Made by a program: the position numbers and the translations under genes. This document shows, piece by piece, positions 42,800 through 55,639 of a stretch of 64,000 nucleotides of DNA (position 1 is its first letter; the number at the start of each line of letters is the position of its first letter). The notes under the pieces were generated by a model. The model was not told where the DNA came from, ran no database searches, and saw only the letters and a program-made list of their open reading frames with translations. This DNA comes from Camelus dromedarius (lineage: Eukaryota). The stretch covers positions 92,320,001 through 92,384,000 of the forward strand of contig NC_087437.1 in assembly GCF_036321535.1 (NCBI RefSeq), written 5' to 3'.

Positions 42800-42965
42800 C
42801 AAGAGAAACAATGTTGGGCAAGTCATATAACCTCTGTGAGGCTTATTTCAGTAATGAAATGATGAGATAAAAGAGATGCTTCTTTTATTGCAACACATTT
42901 AAGAATTAAATGACTCAAAGAACTAAAATATTGATGAGATTACACATAGGTAGTGCAAGAGATAA
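42800..42965 (+). mobile_element. MIR fragment
   Basis: ttgggcaagtcatataacctctgtgag..aagaattaaatga. Confidence 0.65.
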
Positions 42966-42974
42966 TTCCTTAAG

Positions 42975-43375
42975 TTATTCAATGTATATTAATGATTACC
43001 TACAATATCCTAGTGCATATTTTAGGCATATAATTCCATCAGTGAAGAAACGAGACTGTTTCTGCCCTCGTGGTCCTTGAAGGAGTAAACTTGCAAAGCT
43101 CTGAGATGAGATCCTGCTTCTAACTCAAAGGACACAGCAGAAGCCAGAATAGCTAGGGTCTAGTGAGTGAGGACAGAGTGGTTGAAAATGAATCCAGAAT
43201 GAAAGCAAAGCTCCAGAAAACGTAAGACCCTTAGTCAATGTGAAGACTTGTGACTTAACTCTGATCTAGTTAATCATCAACAGAAGGGTTAGAGAAGGAA
43301 TGATCTACTCTCACTTTCATCTTAAAAGGATTGTTCTGTTATCTGTAAGGAAAAATAGAATCCAAGGAAAGATTA
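42975..43375 (-). mobile_element. L2 fragment
   Basis: ctgccctcgtgg, aggacacagcagaagccaga, gtgaagactt..taactctga, ttaaaaggatt motifs. Confidence 0.6.
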
Positions 43376-43399
43376 TTCAAGCCATCACTAGTAGAATCA

Positions 43400-45110
43400 T
43401 CATTTTGACTTAGAAAATGATCCTAAACAATGAAAGTCAACTATATTATGCAAAAACTACTAAAATCTTTTCTTTTACTAAAATCTTATCTTTTTCTACA
43501 TTAATTAAATTAATGTTGGTATTGTTATAAGAATAAGCAAATCTAGAATGGAGAGTATAGAAATAGGCCCAAATATATACAGTCAATTGATTTTAGCAAA
43601 AGGAACCAAATCAATTCAATAGGGAGGCAAAAAAGTATTTTTTTATACATATTCCTGGAACAAATGAATATCTGTGCTTGTCAAAAAATAACCATGATGA
43701 TTATCTCACTCCACACACAAAATTTAATATGCAATAAGCTCTAAACTTCAGTGTAAAACCAGAAATCTTAAAGCCTTTAGAAAGACACCTAAAAGAATTA
43801 CAGCACAATTCCCCATGGGTCTCTCCTGTTCTCACATGTCTCCAGAGGAGAGGCACTATCTTTTTGCATTGCCTTTTAAAGGATGTTTGTATAGTAATCA
43901 GTCTTGGAAGTTAGAAGTAGTGTCTCTCTCTGGAACAAAGGACAGGTTTGCTTATAGCCTTGAAAAATACAGTATCTCCTTTTGGAACAAAGGTATGCTC
44001 ACTGTCTAATATAATTAGGATAACGCTTCCCTCCAGAACAAAGGGTTGGCAAGCTTCCTGCCTATTATAAAAGATTCAGATTTCCTAAACTCACAGTTTC
44101 TCTCTTATAACTCAACCTTCTGAACATATAAACACCAATCATGGCCAATCCATATCACTCTCGTGGGATTTGGGGTCAAAGGAATATGACAAAAAGTTCA
44201 CATTGTTTATTGTTTCTTGACTGTTAAAGTGTTTTGTATCTGAGCCCTGGGTACTGGATATTCTGAAACCGTAGTGATCTAATTTATTTGCTTGCAAGTA
44301 AGATAAAATCTCAGACTTTTCATAGTTCTTAAAAAGAATACCTTTACAGCCATAGAGTAGACAAATTAAAAAAAAAATTCCCCTGTCAGAACAAAAAAAT
44401 CACAAACCATAAAAGACAGAAATAATTGATAAATTGGATGTCTTCCAAATTAAATATTTCTCCTCATCAAAAAACATGTTTCACACAATTATTAAAGAAG
44501 GCAAAGACTGGAAGAAAATTAATAATTAATAGAACATATATCTCACAAAGGACTAGTATTCAGAATATATAAAGAAATTCTAAAAATCATCCATAAAAGG
44601 ATAACCTCATTTTAAAAAGGTAAGATATGAATAGCCATAACATGAAATAAAATATACAAATAGCCAGTAAGCACATGAAAAACTGCTAATCATCATTAGC
44701 CATTAAGGAAATGCTAATTAAAACTACAATGAGATCACATTTCACAGCCAGTATAATGGAAAAACAAAACCTGACAATACCAAACACTGAACAGGAAACA
44801 AAGCAACACAGAAATCTCATATATTGCTGATAAGAATATAAAACAGCACAAACAATTTAAAGACTTATTTTGGGGGTGTCTTATAAAAAAATCATTCCAG
44901 TCCTAATTAGTCAAGAGAAACACAAGCATATATCAACAAAAAGACTTGTACAAAAGTGTTTATAGGCGCTTTATCCATAATAGATAAAAACTGAAAAACA
45001 AAAACAAAAACAAATGTTCATTAACAGAAAACTGAATTAACAAATTGTAGCATATTCATGCAGTGGAATACTAGTCAGCAATAAAACAAATGAACTACTG
45101 ATATACCCAT
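43400..45110 (+). mobile_element. Old L1 (L1MD/ME-type) ORF2 3' region, interrupted by an LTR
   Basis: cagtcaattgatttt..aaagg, aagcacatgaaaa..catcattagccattaaggaaatg..aaaactacaatgaga, gtggaatact..gcaataaaa. Confidence 0.8.
43798..44334 (+). mobile_element. ERV1 LTR (MER90/MER110-like) inserted in L1
   Basis: caattccccatgggtctctc..ggatgtttgtatag..ttgcaagtaagataaaatctcagac; internal gaacaaagg repeats; L1 sequence resumes on both sides. Confidence 0.75.
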
Positions 45111-47404
45111 CTCATCTAGCTGGACAGTTAGAGTCTGTATATTTTATTATATGTTCATTTTATTTTCATAAAAATACCCACTTGTAAAAACAAAATAATG
45201 AGATAAGAAAAGAATATTTCTGTAGAATAAATATAAACAAATATAACCTCATTGAGCTTAAGTTATTTTAATTGTAATATAAAGAAAATAATAGCAAAAA
45301 CACAAGCTTTGTTTATTTGCATATGTTGATCAGGGATTATTTTATTTTAAGGAACATATATACATTCAGATTGATTCTGGAATGAAGCTCATTAGGGAAT
45401 GTATAAGGAAGGAAACGGTGTGGGAATTCACAAGGAACTAACATGGGAAATGAGAATCAACTGGTGTAAAAGATAATCTGTCTCTCGCTTTCTCTTTCCA
45501 CTCTCACTTTATGGCCTTTACTTATTACTTTCCCTCTGTACTCTGGATCTCATAATCTCCTTTTTCATAGACCAGAACAGTTGCCTCAAATTGATTGGCA
45601 CCATCAGGTACTAAGTTGATATAATATAACAAATTCTGTTTTTACGTTTGACTATCCTAGTGTCTTCAAGCACAAATACTCAGCAAAAGGAAACTTATTG
45701 GACCAGTTAACACTCTAGGATAGTATATGTTCACCTCTGGCCCAATCAGTCGAGTCCAGAAAAAACAAGGCTACACGCATTTAGCTAGACAGTAATTCCA
45801 GCTCTGGAGCAACAGAGGGAGGGGTAGGCTTTTCAGAGACCCCCACATTTATAATAACAGCAACAATAAAACTTTTAAAATAATATTAATTATAAACTTA
45901 TTGTAATTATATAAACATTTATTCAATTATATGTAAAATAATTATATATGTCATTTTTTATATTTTATTATATCTACCTCTTTGGTGCTTACAGGTACAC
46001 CAAATATTGTGATGATGATGATGATGATGATAAAAACAGAAAGTTAAATTTTTACCTATATTTAATTATTTATATGTAATACTACTCAAATGTGAGCTCT
46101 GGGTTCATGTTTGTTTGACTGCTTGCACAAACAAATGAATATTGTTCATAAGCTGCTAAGGAGTTACAAATTCAAGAGAAATATTATTTATTGTCAAAAT
46201 ATAATTTCTGACACCTGGTTTCCAGTGTATTGGTTTGCAAATTATTTAAAAATTTATAAAAGCCAAACCCCATGTTTTCTTTATGGCATGCGACAAAGTG
46301 GCTAAATGAAAATAGGAATCAGGACATACTTTAAGTCCAAATGTAATCATTCAAGATATGGAGGTGGGGGAATCTTAACTTATACATTGCTTTTTAGTCA
46401 TTTTAAACTCCTATGGGAGATTTCTTTATAATTCCTGAAGCAAATTATGTCTGAAATAAGACCTAAAATATTGATATTTTTTCTAGAGTTTAGAATTTCA
46501 CCCTAAGAGTAAAAAACACAACTTCTGTATTTCTGAAACCAAATATATTTATTTAAGCCATTCTAAATGAAATGAAGTCCCTTTATTTTTGTGTGGGCAC
46601 ATGAAACAACTATTTCCACTAAAAATGAGACTACTTTTCAGATGATAATAGAAAATGGATAGAAAAAAAATGTATCTCCTGTGGTCAAATGGAAAATTTG
46701 TGTCTCACTTTGTATGATCTACCAATAATCTTCATAAGCAAACTATGAATAAAGTGCCAAATCAATACCAAGAAAGCTGCGATGAGGTTAATACAGAATT
46801 GAAAAGGAGACTTAATAACTTTCACTTCAGTAAAAAGCTTAGTTAAATATAGAAGCTAACATATATTAACCTAATTTATCTCAGTTTATTTCATCTGAAA
46901 ATTTCTATGTAATAGATTCAATTTATATATGAATTGAAGTAATAGGAAAGAAATTATTATTTAAGAATGAAAATAGTACTGCTTGATTTAAAAGAAACTT
47001 GGGCAGTCATCTGCTTCAACTACACTTTGAATACTTGAATAATGAATATATTACCTTCACAGTTGGAATAGTTCTAGTATTTGGAAACTCTCTATCTCCC
47101 CAAGCAGTTCATCATATCTCTAGAACGTTCTGGAGTATATGCTTACAGCATCAGCAAAACAGGGCCCAAAATCGTGATAATGTTTTCTGAAATAATTCAA
47201 AATGTTGATGTGTCAAAAATTTTATTAATAGTATTAGGAAAGTACAATTATTTTAGATTTCTATTCACATCCTCCATGTTTCAGAGCCGATATATATTGA
47301 GTTACTTATGATGTGGTCCCATAAGGTGTTTGGCCTCTGAGGTCCATTAGTGTGGGCCTATTTGCTGCCCCATGATTTTCCACTCTTCATAGGAAATGAT
47401 TCTA

Positions 47405-47845
47405 CCCCTTTTAATCATTCCTCATATGCCACTGATACAAGTCCACTCAAATCACTGGCTACGCACCTCTGAGTATGCATCATGTTTTTGACTCTTAAAC
47501 TCTCATCCAACAAAACTGAACAGAGTTCCATTTGTGGTCCGACAGCAGATTGTGCAAGGTGGAGTGGGACTATCACTTCCCACTGATTATTACTAATTAC
47601 GAACCAAAGATTGTATCAATTTGGCAACCAGATTTCACTGCTGGCTCAGATTTCCTTCACAGTCAGAAAGCCTCCAAATGTATTTATACCTATATACACT
47701 GGTCTCTCACATACAGTACAGTACAGATGGATTTTTTGGACACAAGTCTACTACTAAATTTATTCCTATTGAACTTTATTTTGTTACACTCAGTTATCTA
47801 ACACATCTTTGACATCGTTTTGATTGCTGATTCTGTTACAACCTG
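47405..47845 (-). mobile_element. L3/CR1 LINE RT-region fragment
   Basis: aactgaacagagttcca..tgtggtc..gagtgggactatcacttccc..cactgctggctca..aaatttattcctattgaactttattttgtt. Confidence 0.75.
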
Positions 47846-50369
47846 TAACCAAAAAGCAAAAGAATCCACGTTCTTCTCTGTTTTATGACATTCAGTTATG
47901 ACTTGATTCTTCTATGAATCACAAAACCCCCCAAACCCACATTCTTCTTTGACTTGTAGTAAAAAATCCACCTATAAATGACCTTTATAAAAAATTACCT
48001 AATATTAAATCAATGACCCTTTGGGGAGGAATTCTCATGGTTCTAAAATTGGAAGTCCTCTCTCAATTGCTTTTTCTCTTTTTAACTAGAATCCAAAATT
48101 TCCATCTCCATAGGATAATAGTTAGGACAGAAGATATATTCCCACTTCCATGACCATGCCTTTTGGCTAAGTAATCTAAGATGTCACAAAGCCTCCTTAA
48201 CTGGAAAATAAAAACATTGACAGAAGAAACAAAAGAATGAGGTGGAGAACATGATCTTTATAATACAATGAAAAATAAGTTGGTTAGAACAAAAATATAT
48301 AAACTAATGTAATCCCAGCTATATTTTAGGTCAAATAGGACTTTTTGGATTAGCCTATAGATAAAATTCCACTTAATGTATTTTTACAAAAAACATGTTT
48401 TACTTTTTAAATCACTTTCAGGTTAGAAAACTTTTAGTTTGAAGATTATATTTAAGTACATAATAATATATATATCCTAGCATATTTAGGTGTCACTACC
48501 AGCATTTAATTACAAAAGTCTGACAGGTTTTAGTAGTTTTTAGCTTCCCTACAGCTTCTTCACAGCAGGATTATTGGCTTGATCTTACATTCTCTTCTCA
48601 CACCTGTAGTTTTACAGCTTTTTTTTTCCCCCTTAAGAATCTATTCCCAAAAATTTTACCTCCTTGAAAAGCAATGTTGGATTTTCTTTGCATTAATAAC
48701 CATTTGGATGCTCAAAGTGACCTTATACCATTAGAATATGCCTTGTGTTCTGCATGAATCATTGTGACCTTTTCAGCTAAAAGGAACATCCCCTTGATGT
48801 TATTTTACAATTGGGCTTCCTTCATTGGTTTTTTAAAATATTTATAGTGACTCTAATTTCCACCTGGAGCAAGAAATTCTCCCTCGTGGTATGACTCACA
48901 TTGTGAATCCAAGCAAGGGTAGCTGTTTTAAAATGACCTCCTGGCATGTTTGCTCAAAGGTCCATGAAGTGCCTACTCTCCTCGGACACTGGGCTGAGAT
49001 GCTTCCTCTGTGTCGAGCTGCCTGAATTGACTGATACTGAAGTCAAGCTCTGTTAAACAGAGCACTTCCTTTCTATGAAAAGAGTTCTCTTTCAGATCTC
49101 CCGTTTCCTCTTCTGGGGAAGCTCATTCTCTGATCTGCACTTGAATGTGCGTTGACCTCCAGGTCTCTGCAGGTGGATCTACCTCCATTCACTGTTAGTT
49201 TTCTTCTGGTATGATGTTGCTTTTATCACATTTTCAGAAAAAGGCCAGTTTTTCATCTTTCTTTTCTCTGCTGAATGTGTCAGATCCTAGAAATATTTCC
49301 CTGAAGCGGTGTTACTGAGACCTCTGGTGTCACCATCTCATCCTGAATGACCACAGAAAGGAAATGTTTCTTTTTGTCTACAAGAGGTGAATTAAGTTAC
49401 TTTAAAAGTAACACATGAACTTGTTGAAAAATATTATGTCAACTGAGGTACAAGTAAAACAGAACATGTCAAAAATACCTATAGTCAGAGAGAAAGCAGG
49501 TAGACTTATAATTTTGGAGAAATAGCCACAAATAGCATCCTTAGGACATTTAGATACATGGCAACAAGAGAGTTTCTAATTAGGGTGTACAACACTGTCA
49601 CCAGAGATTAAATATACTGTTGACGTCTCAAAACACCTGACAACAGAACCATCTCTCCTTTTACAGTCATTTCCAGAAGTCACTTGGAAGAAACCATTGC
49701 ATTGTATCATATGAAAGATGTTTTTGTATTTTTCTTTTTCAAAGTAAAATATTTCATTTAATATAAGGAAACAAGTACAAGTAATGTGATCAAAGTAAAC
49801 AAAACAACTTGTTCCTTTACTGGTCACTCAAACCTCAGTTCTACTGTTTAAAGAAGCGTGTTTCTCTGAATCTCCCCGACTTACTTCCTTCATCCAATCA
49901 GTTACAGGCACTGCCAAATGTAATCTCCAAAACGCCTCTCTGTTTCCACTGCCTTTCTCTGAGCAAATTACCAACAAACCCCAAAAGAAGATGCATTTAA
50001 ATGAATCAATGACAAAATTATCCAAATATGAAAAGATAGGGTGTAATCTGCTATTTAAACAAATTTTTAAGTATGCAAAGTAACGAGAAAAGGATTTACC
50101 CGGGACTTGTATCACAGAGAGTTAAATTACCAGATGATATAAAGAATAGCTGTATAAGCCTTCATTTTCTCTTCTTCTTTTCTGTCAAGAATTATATTCT
50201 GGTGGGAATATTCTTTTAAAAGGGAAGTAAAAGCTAATCTATGCGAGAGATGGAATGAGTGCACATAGATTTTTCTGCAGGTAACTTTTTCTGTCAAAAT
50301 TCATCTTAACCGACAGAATTCATAGGTAAGCTAAGTGATGTTTGATCATTAACTTCCAGGGAAACTTAA

Positions 50370-51445
50370 AGAGCCAAAGCTCTCCCTATATTTCCTATCT
50401 CAGTTAATAGCATCACCATCCCATGCAGAAGCCCAAGTCAGCAACCTGGGAAACATCCTCTGCTTGCCTAGTTCCCTCTCCATACCCAAGCATATACATT
50501 TGTTAAACTTGCCCCCGTGATTCCATTTCCGAAAAGTCTTCAATACAAATTCCTCTGCATTCTTTTAGTAGCAACAGCCTTACTCCTCAGGGACTGCAAT
50601 ACTGTGATATAACTTTTTTCTTTAGTAAGTGCTTGTTGTGCACCTACCAGTACACCAGGAGCTCTTCTAGTGCTGTATGCACAGTCGTGAAAGAGATTAA
50701 CAAAGTTCTGCACTCACATAGGGCTTTTAAAGTGTTTCTTTATCTTCAACCTTGTATCTTCCGGTGCATCCCACATATCGCAGTCATGGTTAGCACTGCC
50801 CACCTTAAAATCAACTTACTATTTTACCTAATACCCTTCAGAACAGTGAATACTAGTTATACATATTCAAAATAACATTTAAAATCTAGGTTCAAGAAAA
50901 TACAGACAAACCCCCCCCCACACACACACAAAACAACTGAAATACAGTGTTTGTCTCATTTATGCCAATAGAGTAAAACTAATAATGATCATGACAGAAA
51001 TACAATATGCTCCTTGTTAGTCTCTCAAAATTCATCTTCTGTAAGGATTCTACAAACACCCTATGCTTGAAGTTTTCTAGAAATATTATGATAAGTTGTT
51101 TCTTGGCTCTTTAAAATCTGTCATATTGCCTCCACCTTGCTGACTTCCAAAACTCAACAAAAATATCATTATTTCTTGGTAATTTTCTCCAACCTATAAT
51201 ATCTGTTAGCTGAGGTAGAATCTCTCTGTATTTCTATAGCTCCCTAGACATATATTAATACAGAACATATCATGTTCTATTATAATTTTTACTTATATAA
51301 ATATTACCCACAAATTATATAATGTCTTTGAGGGGAGGAATAATGTCTTACTCACCAGTGCATGCTCAATCCCTAAGGTAGTCTGTAGCATATGTTAAGT
51401 AGATGTATAATACATTTTGTTTGAAGAAATGAATCAGTGAGTTAA
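50370..51445 (+). mobile_element. Fragmented L2 3' region
   Basis: ttcctatctcagttaatagcatcaccatcc..aagtcagcaacctggga; terminal gaagaaatgaatcagtga. Confidence 0.6.
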
Positions 51446-53574
51446 TTCAACCAGTAAACTCTTACTCCATTTTTCTTTTGTCCTAGAAATCTGACACCTC
51501 TTACTAAATTTTTCAAGCCTACTAGTGTCAATTTGTTGTGATAAGCCATTTACAAACACACTATTTCTCAATGCTTAACTCTAATTTCTAAGAACAAAAT
51601 GTCATATTGACTAAATACTTCTTCAGTTCCTGTGGGTGGTAACAGATATATAAAATAAAACTATTCAGGTTAGAAATTAGCGAGATTCACTGATTCTCTC
51701 CAATTTTCAAGACATTCTGGAATCTCGGAGCCAAAGCTTTACTTCTGCATGTATTAGAGTTTCTTATCCTATCTAGATGTCACAGTGTGGATGAAGCACT
51801 TACGTAACGTCTTGGTCACGATGAAAGCTCAAATTTTTCTAATTGAGTTAAATGACTAAATCTTGAAGAAATTAAATAAGTAATACCCTTTACAACTTAT
51901 TTTTATTACTACATTTTGAATAAAGAACTCACATTTGAGGTGAAATCTCTCATGCATTTATTCTAGGTTTGGCCATTCAGATCTTTGCCTCCCATTCTCC
52001 AAATTTAGTTAGAAGTTCTAGATAAAAATACACTGAAGATTTTCCATGAAACATTATACATCGAGTTTGAAAGTGTAACTTAATAAAAATATTACTGTAA
52101 ACATTCTATTTTGTTGAGAACATAGTTTCTCTTTTAGCAGTTTCAGATTGCTAAGTATTGCCAGGACACTTTAGCTGAAAACTGTTAACTTAAATAATGA
52201 ATCACTATTGAAACTTAATTCATTCCATATAGTTGAATTAAAACATTGTTTGAAAGAAATAAGGTCTATGAAAAACAAAACAAAACAAATACATTTACTT
52301 CAATAAGATTCCTTAGACACACACACAGGTTCATGGTGGCATTTTTAGATTCAGGTTGTCGTGAAAGAGCAAGGAAACTAAATCTGCAATCGCAACAGAC
52401 TGACAACTGATACTTCGGATTCAACAGTATTCATGGGATTGACCCAAGTTATAGGTAATCATGGAGATAATTAATTTTCATTCATTAAGTTATGGAGTGA
52501 CACTGTACGTTACAGAAACTAACTCCACTGTTCCAAAAGGGTGAGGCTGTTCCTTTTGGAAGGCATATTTAACTCATACAGTCCACAAGGGGCTTCTGTA
52601 ACCACTGTGAAATATGATCAGTACAATTAAAATAGGATAGCTTGATCCACTGTAATCTCCCCTCCCTCTACTGCGATAATTACCTGAGGTATTTGGAGGT
52701 TGGAACTACATATGGAAATATTTCTCTGCCAGTTTCTTGTTCAATATGATGTGCTACAAAGTCAATTAAAACCACAGCAGAAATTTAAATGTAAAAACCG
52801 TGTAGGGGAAATTATTTTTAACTGATAAATAAAAACAGGGTGGTGTGTGTGTGTATAATCTGATAAAATTATAGCCATATCCAAATAACTAAATGTTTAC
52901 CTTTACCATGTATAAAGGTTATAGAAGAAGCAAGAAAGCAATACTGTACTTTAAAACTACCTCTAATTGATGTTTTTACTCCCTCAGTTTAATTTTATAT
53001 TCTCACATGAGTAAAACAGTACTGATTGTTAAAAAAAAAAAATGTTTGGGAGAGAAGAGTGGAGAAGACTCCCTCTGAAGTTTCAGAGTCAAGCTTTAGT
53101 CTCAAAAATTGAGACGTATTATATTGCTGAAAATAAAACAAACAAAAAAGGATTCTCTAGTCATGGTAATTAGTCACATGGCTGCAGGTAAATATGAGCT
53201 GTTCCTCCTGCCACTTTCTGCTCCTCGCTTTTTGTATCCACTATTTTCTATGTAAGATCTTTTCACTGTAGTTCATTATGCAGTTGATAAAATAATAACA
53301 ACTGAAATCAAATTTTTATTGCTAGGAGTTTTAATTTCAATATACTGAAACTAACTTCGCCCAAACATCTCTATAAAAGAAATTTATAATTTTCTCTCTC
53401 TGCATTTTGAAGTCCACGGCAATCCGTATTTTAAAAATGACAGACAATTGAGAACATTATGAAATCTAATATGTACTTAGAATAACTGATTCAGTAAAAC
53501 AAAAGCTGTAAATAAAATTACTTGGTGGTAAAAGTCATCCATAGATTTTTACATTTTAAGTTGACTGGTCAGAT

Positions 53575-53624
53575 ATGTATGTGTTTGTGTGTGTGTGTAT
53601 GTCTGTGTGTCTGTGTGTGTGTGT
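53575..53624. repeat. Imperfect (TG)n microsatellite
   Basis: Visible TG tract. Confidence 0.85.
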
Positions 53625-54229
53625 TTCTTAGGTCATCATTTAATAATGATTATTTAAAGAGAGTCTTGATATTAGCAAAGAATATCTGCATTTCATATTA
53701 ATGTTTGGCTTGACAGTTTTATTTCTCATAATAGGAAGGGGAGAAATGAGAATATACAGAAACTGAATTCCAGCTTGGGTCCTTGTATTTCTCTTTATTA
53801 CACTATTGTATATTAAAAGCTCTGCAAAAACTAAAAGAGAAGGTAGAATTGAAAGGTATAGATTATAAAATAAAAGATACTTGAGACCTTAAAGCTTTCA
53901 AAATTAAAAATAAGAGTTAATTTTCATTCAGAAAATCAAGTTAAACCTTTTAAGAGACGATGTTGCAAAATTAAGCAATTAGGAGAAAGCACAGAAAAAA
54001 GAAAGTAGGAAATATTCTCTCTCTGATAACATAACTTCAGTACGATGATTTTTTTCAGAAAGCTAAGGTAATAGTGATATATTATCAGATTCGTACTGAA
54101 ATGGCAAAATCTGATATCCATCCGATTTGTATTGGAACAGCAAATGAGTCAAAAAAAATCACCAAAATTCTGGATTTTAAAATATATGTCTTCCTTTTAC
54201 TTTTCTAACTCTCTTTCTCTTTCTGTTGA

Positions 54230-55320
54230 ATGCCTTTTCTCCCATTATTTTTCCTTTGAACTTCCTCAACTGTAGCCTGATGGCTTACTTCACTTGCATA
54301 ATCTCCACTTAACCTTTAATATCGCACATCCCGAATGACATCAACATCACTCAATTTGTCCAAGAGAACAAAGGGAAGATGGAGCAGAAAACATGCGAGG
54401 AAATGTGTGTTAAGAATATGATAATTGAACAGATGTTAAACTACATCAGAGAAGATCAAAATGTATTAATAAATCAACCAAACAGAAGTCATCCAGACAG
54501 AAAGTAAAAAGGTGTTGTTTCAACTGGGTAAACATGCCTTTTTCTTCCTCTTTCTTTTTTATTCCTATCTTAAACATATGCAGCTCCTTAAAATGTATGA
54601 ATATCCTAAGTGATATACATACAGAAGGTAGATACAAAACTACCTTCTGAGTCCCTGCTAATACCTAAGGCAATAAACAAATGCCAGAAAAAACAAACAA
54701 AAAATCCTTTATTTTCCAAGCCTATATAATTAGTGATTATGATCAACAAAGGTTGTAGCAGTTATTAGAATATTCAAATATTTCCCTACTGGTTGATTTA
54801 CGTACTGAGGCCACGTAGTGGCAGTCAATAGGACCCGGCAGAGATGCTCCCAGTGGTCACTAAGTGCATTAAGGGGACAGGTGGCACAGGTGAATGCATG
54901 TGCTGTATCCACCCACAGTGCCAAGGAATTCAACTTCATGGGGGCGGTGGAGCAGGTGACAAAACAGGCAGTATTTTTGGAAACATTATCAACAGTCACC
55001 AAGGTCTTTCTGAGAACAGTCATTGTGGGAAGCACTGACACCATCTATGTACCATCTAGGACAGGTGGCCGAGCACCTGGGTGCCCTCTGGCTGCAGCAA
55101 AGTCCAGAAGCTGGGAAAATCAGAGGATAAGAATGTATTAGACAATTCCTTTTGTCAGATTGGAGACCAGATAAGGACATGTTTTACCTATTGATGTCAC
55201 TTCATACAATTTTGAAACAATCAAGAAATGATTGGGAAATTATTAGAAGGATTTGGTGACTGATTTCCACTACAATGTATACCTTTGATAATCAGATTTA
55301 TGATATATGTAGTTCAGTTT
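54230..55320 (-). pseudogene. Gypsy integrase with C-terminal chromodomain remnant
   Basis: VTKSF..HF and DINR..KTCP (HHCC region); PASGL/LQP; WYIDGVS/LPT; the ORF at 54730-55044 aligns with ILVVVDRFSK.AHF....P......LFVD..F....P..IVSD..FW..LC.LL..LS..YHPQ..VNQ.LE.YL; DDF/VWL (~54470-54495); HFLACF (GPY/F-like); chromodomain-like fragments at 54235-54348. Confidence 0.85.
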
Positions 55321-55330
55321 ATAAAGGTAT

Positions 55331-55527
55331 GTTTTCTAATATGGAAGGCAAGGCATCAATCATATATGGTGATTAAAAGTTCCATTTAAATTTATTAAAA
55401 TTAATATTTATTTCATGAGACATGCTAGCTGTATTTCAGATGTTCAACAGCCACATGTGGTTAGTGGCTACCATATTGTACAGTGAAGAAACATTTCCAT
55501 CGTTGCAAATAGTTTTCTTAGGAAGCG
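55331..55527 (-). mobile_element. hAT-Charlie MITE (MER3-like) inserted in the Gypsy fossil
   Basis: agccacatgtggttagtggctaccatattgtacag..aacatttccatcgttgca. Confidence 0.8.
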
Positions 55528-55639
55528 ATTATTTAAATTTTAAAATTAATACATTGCTATCTATATATGATAACATGTATTAATTTATATTACTGTTCCA
55601 ATTGTTAAAAATTTAATATATCCTTGATATAGGCAATGG

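Noticed and set aside
48900..49345. GC-richer patch as a coding exon
   Set aside because: It has no sustained open frame and no recognisable protein similarity
54818..55141. Plus-strand 107-aa ORF as a gene
   Set aside because: It is the antisense shadow of the integrase remnant and has no recognisable homology
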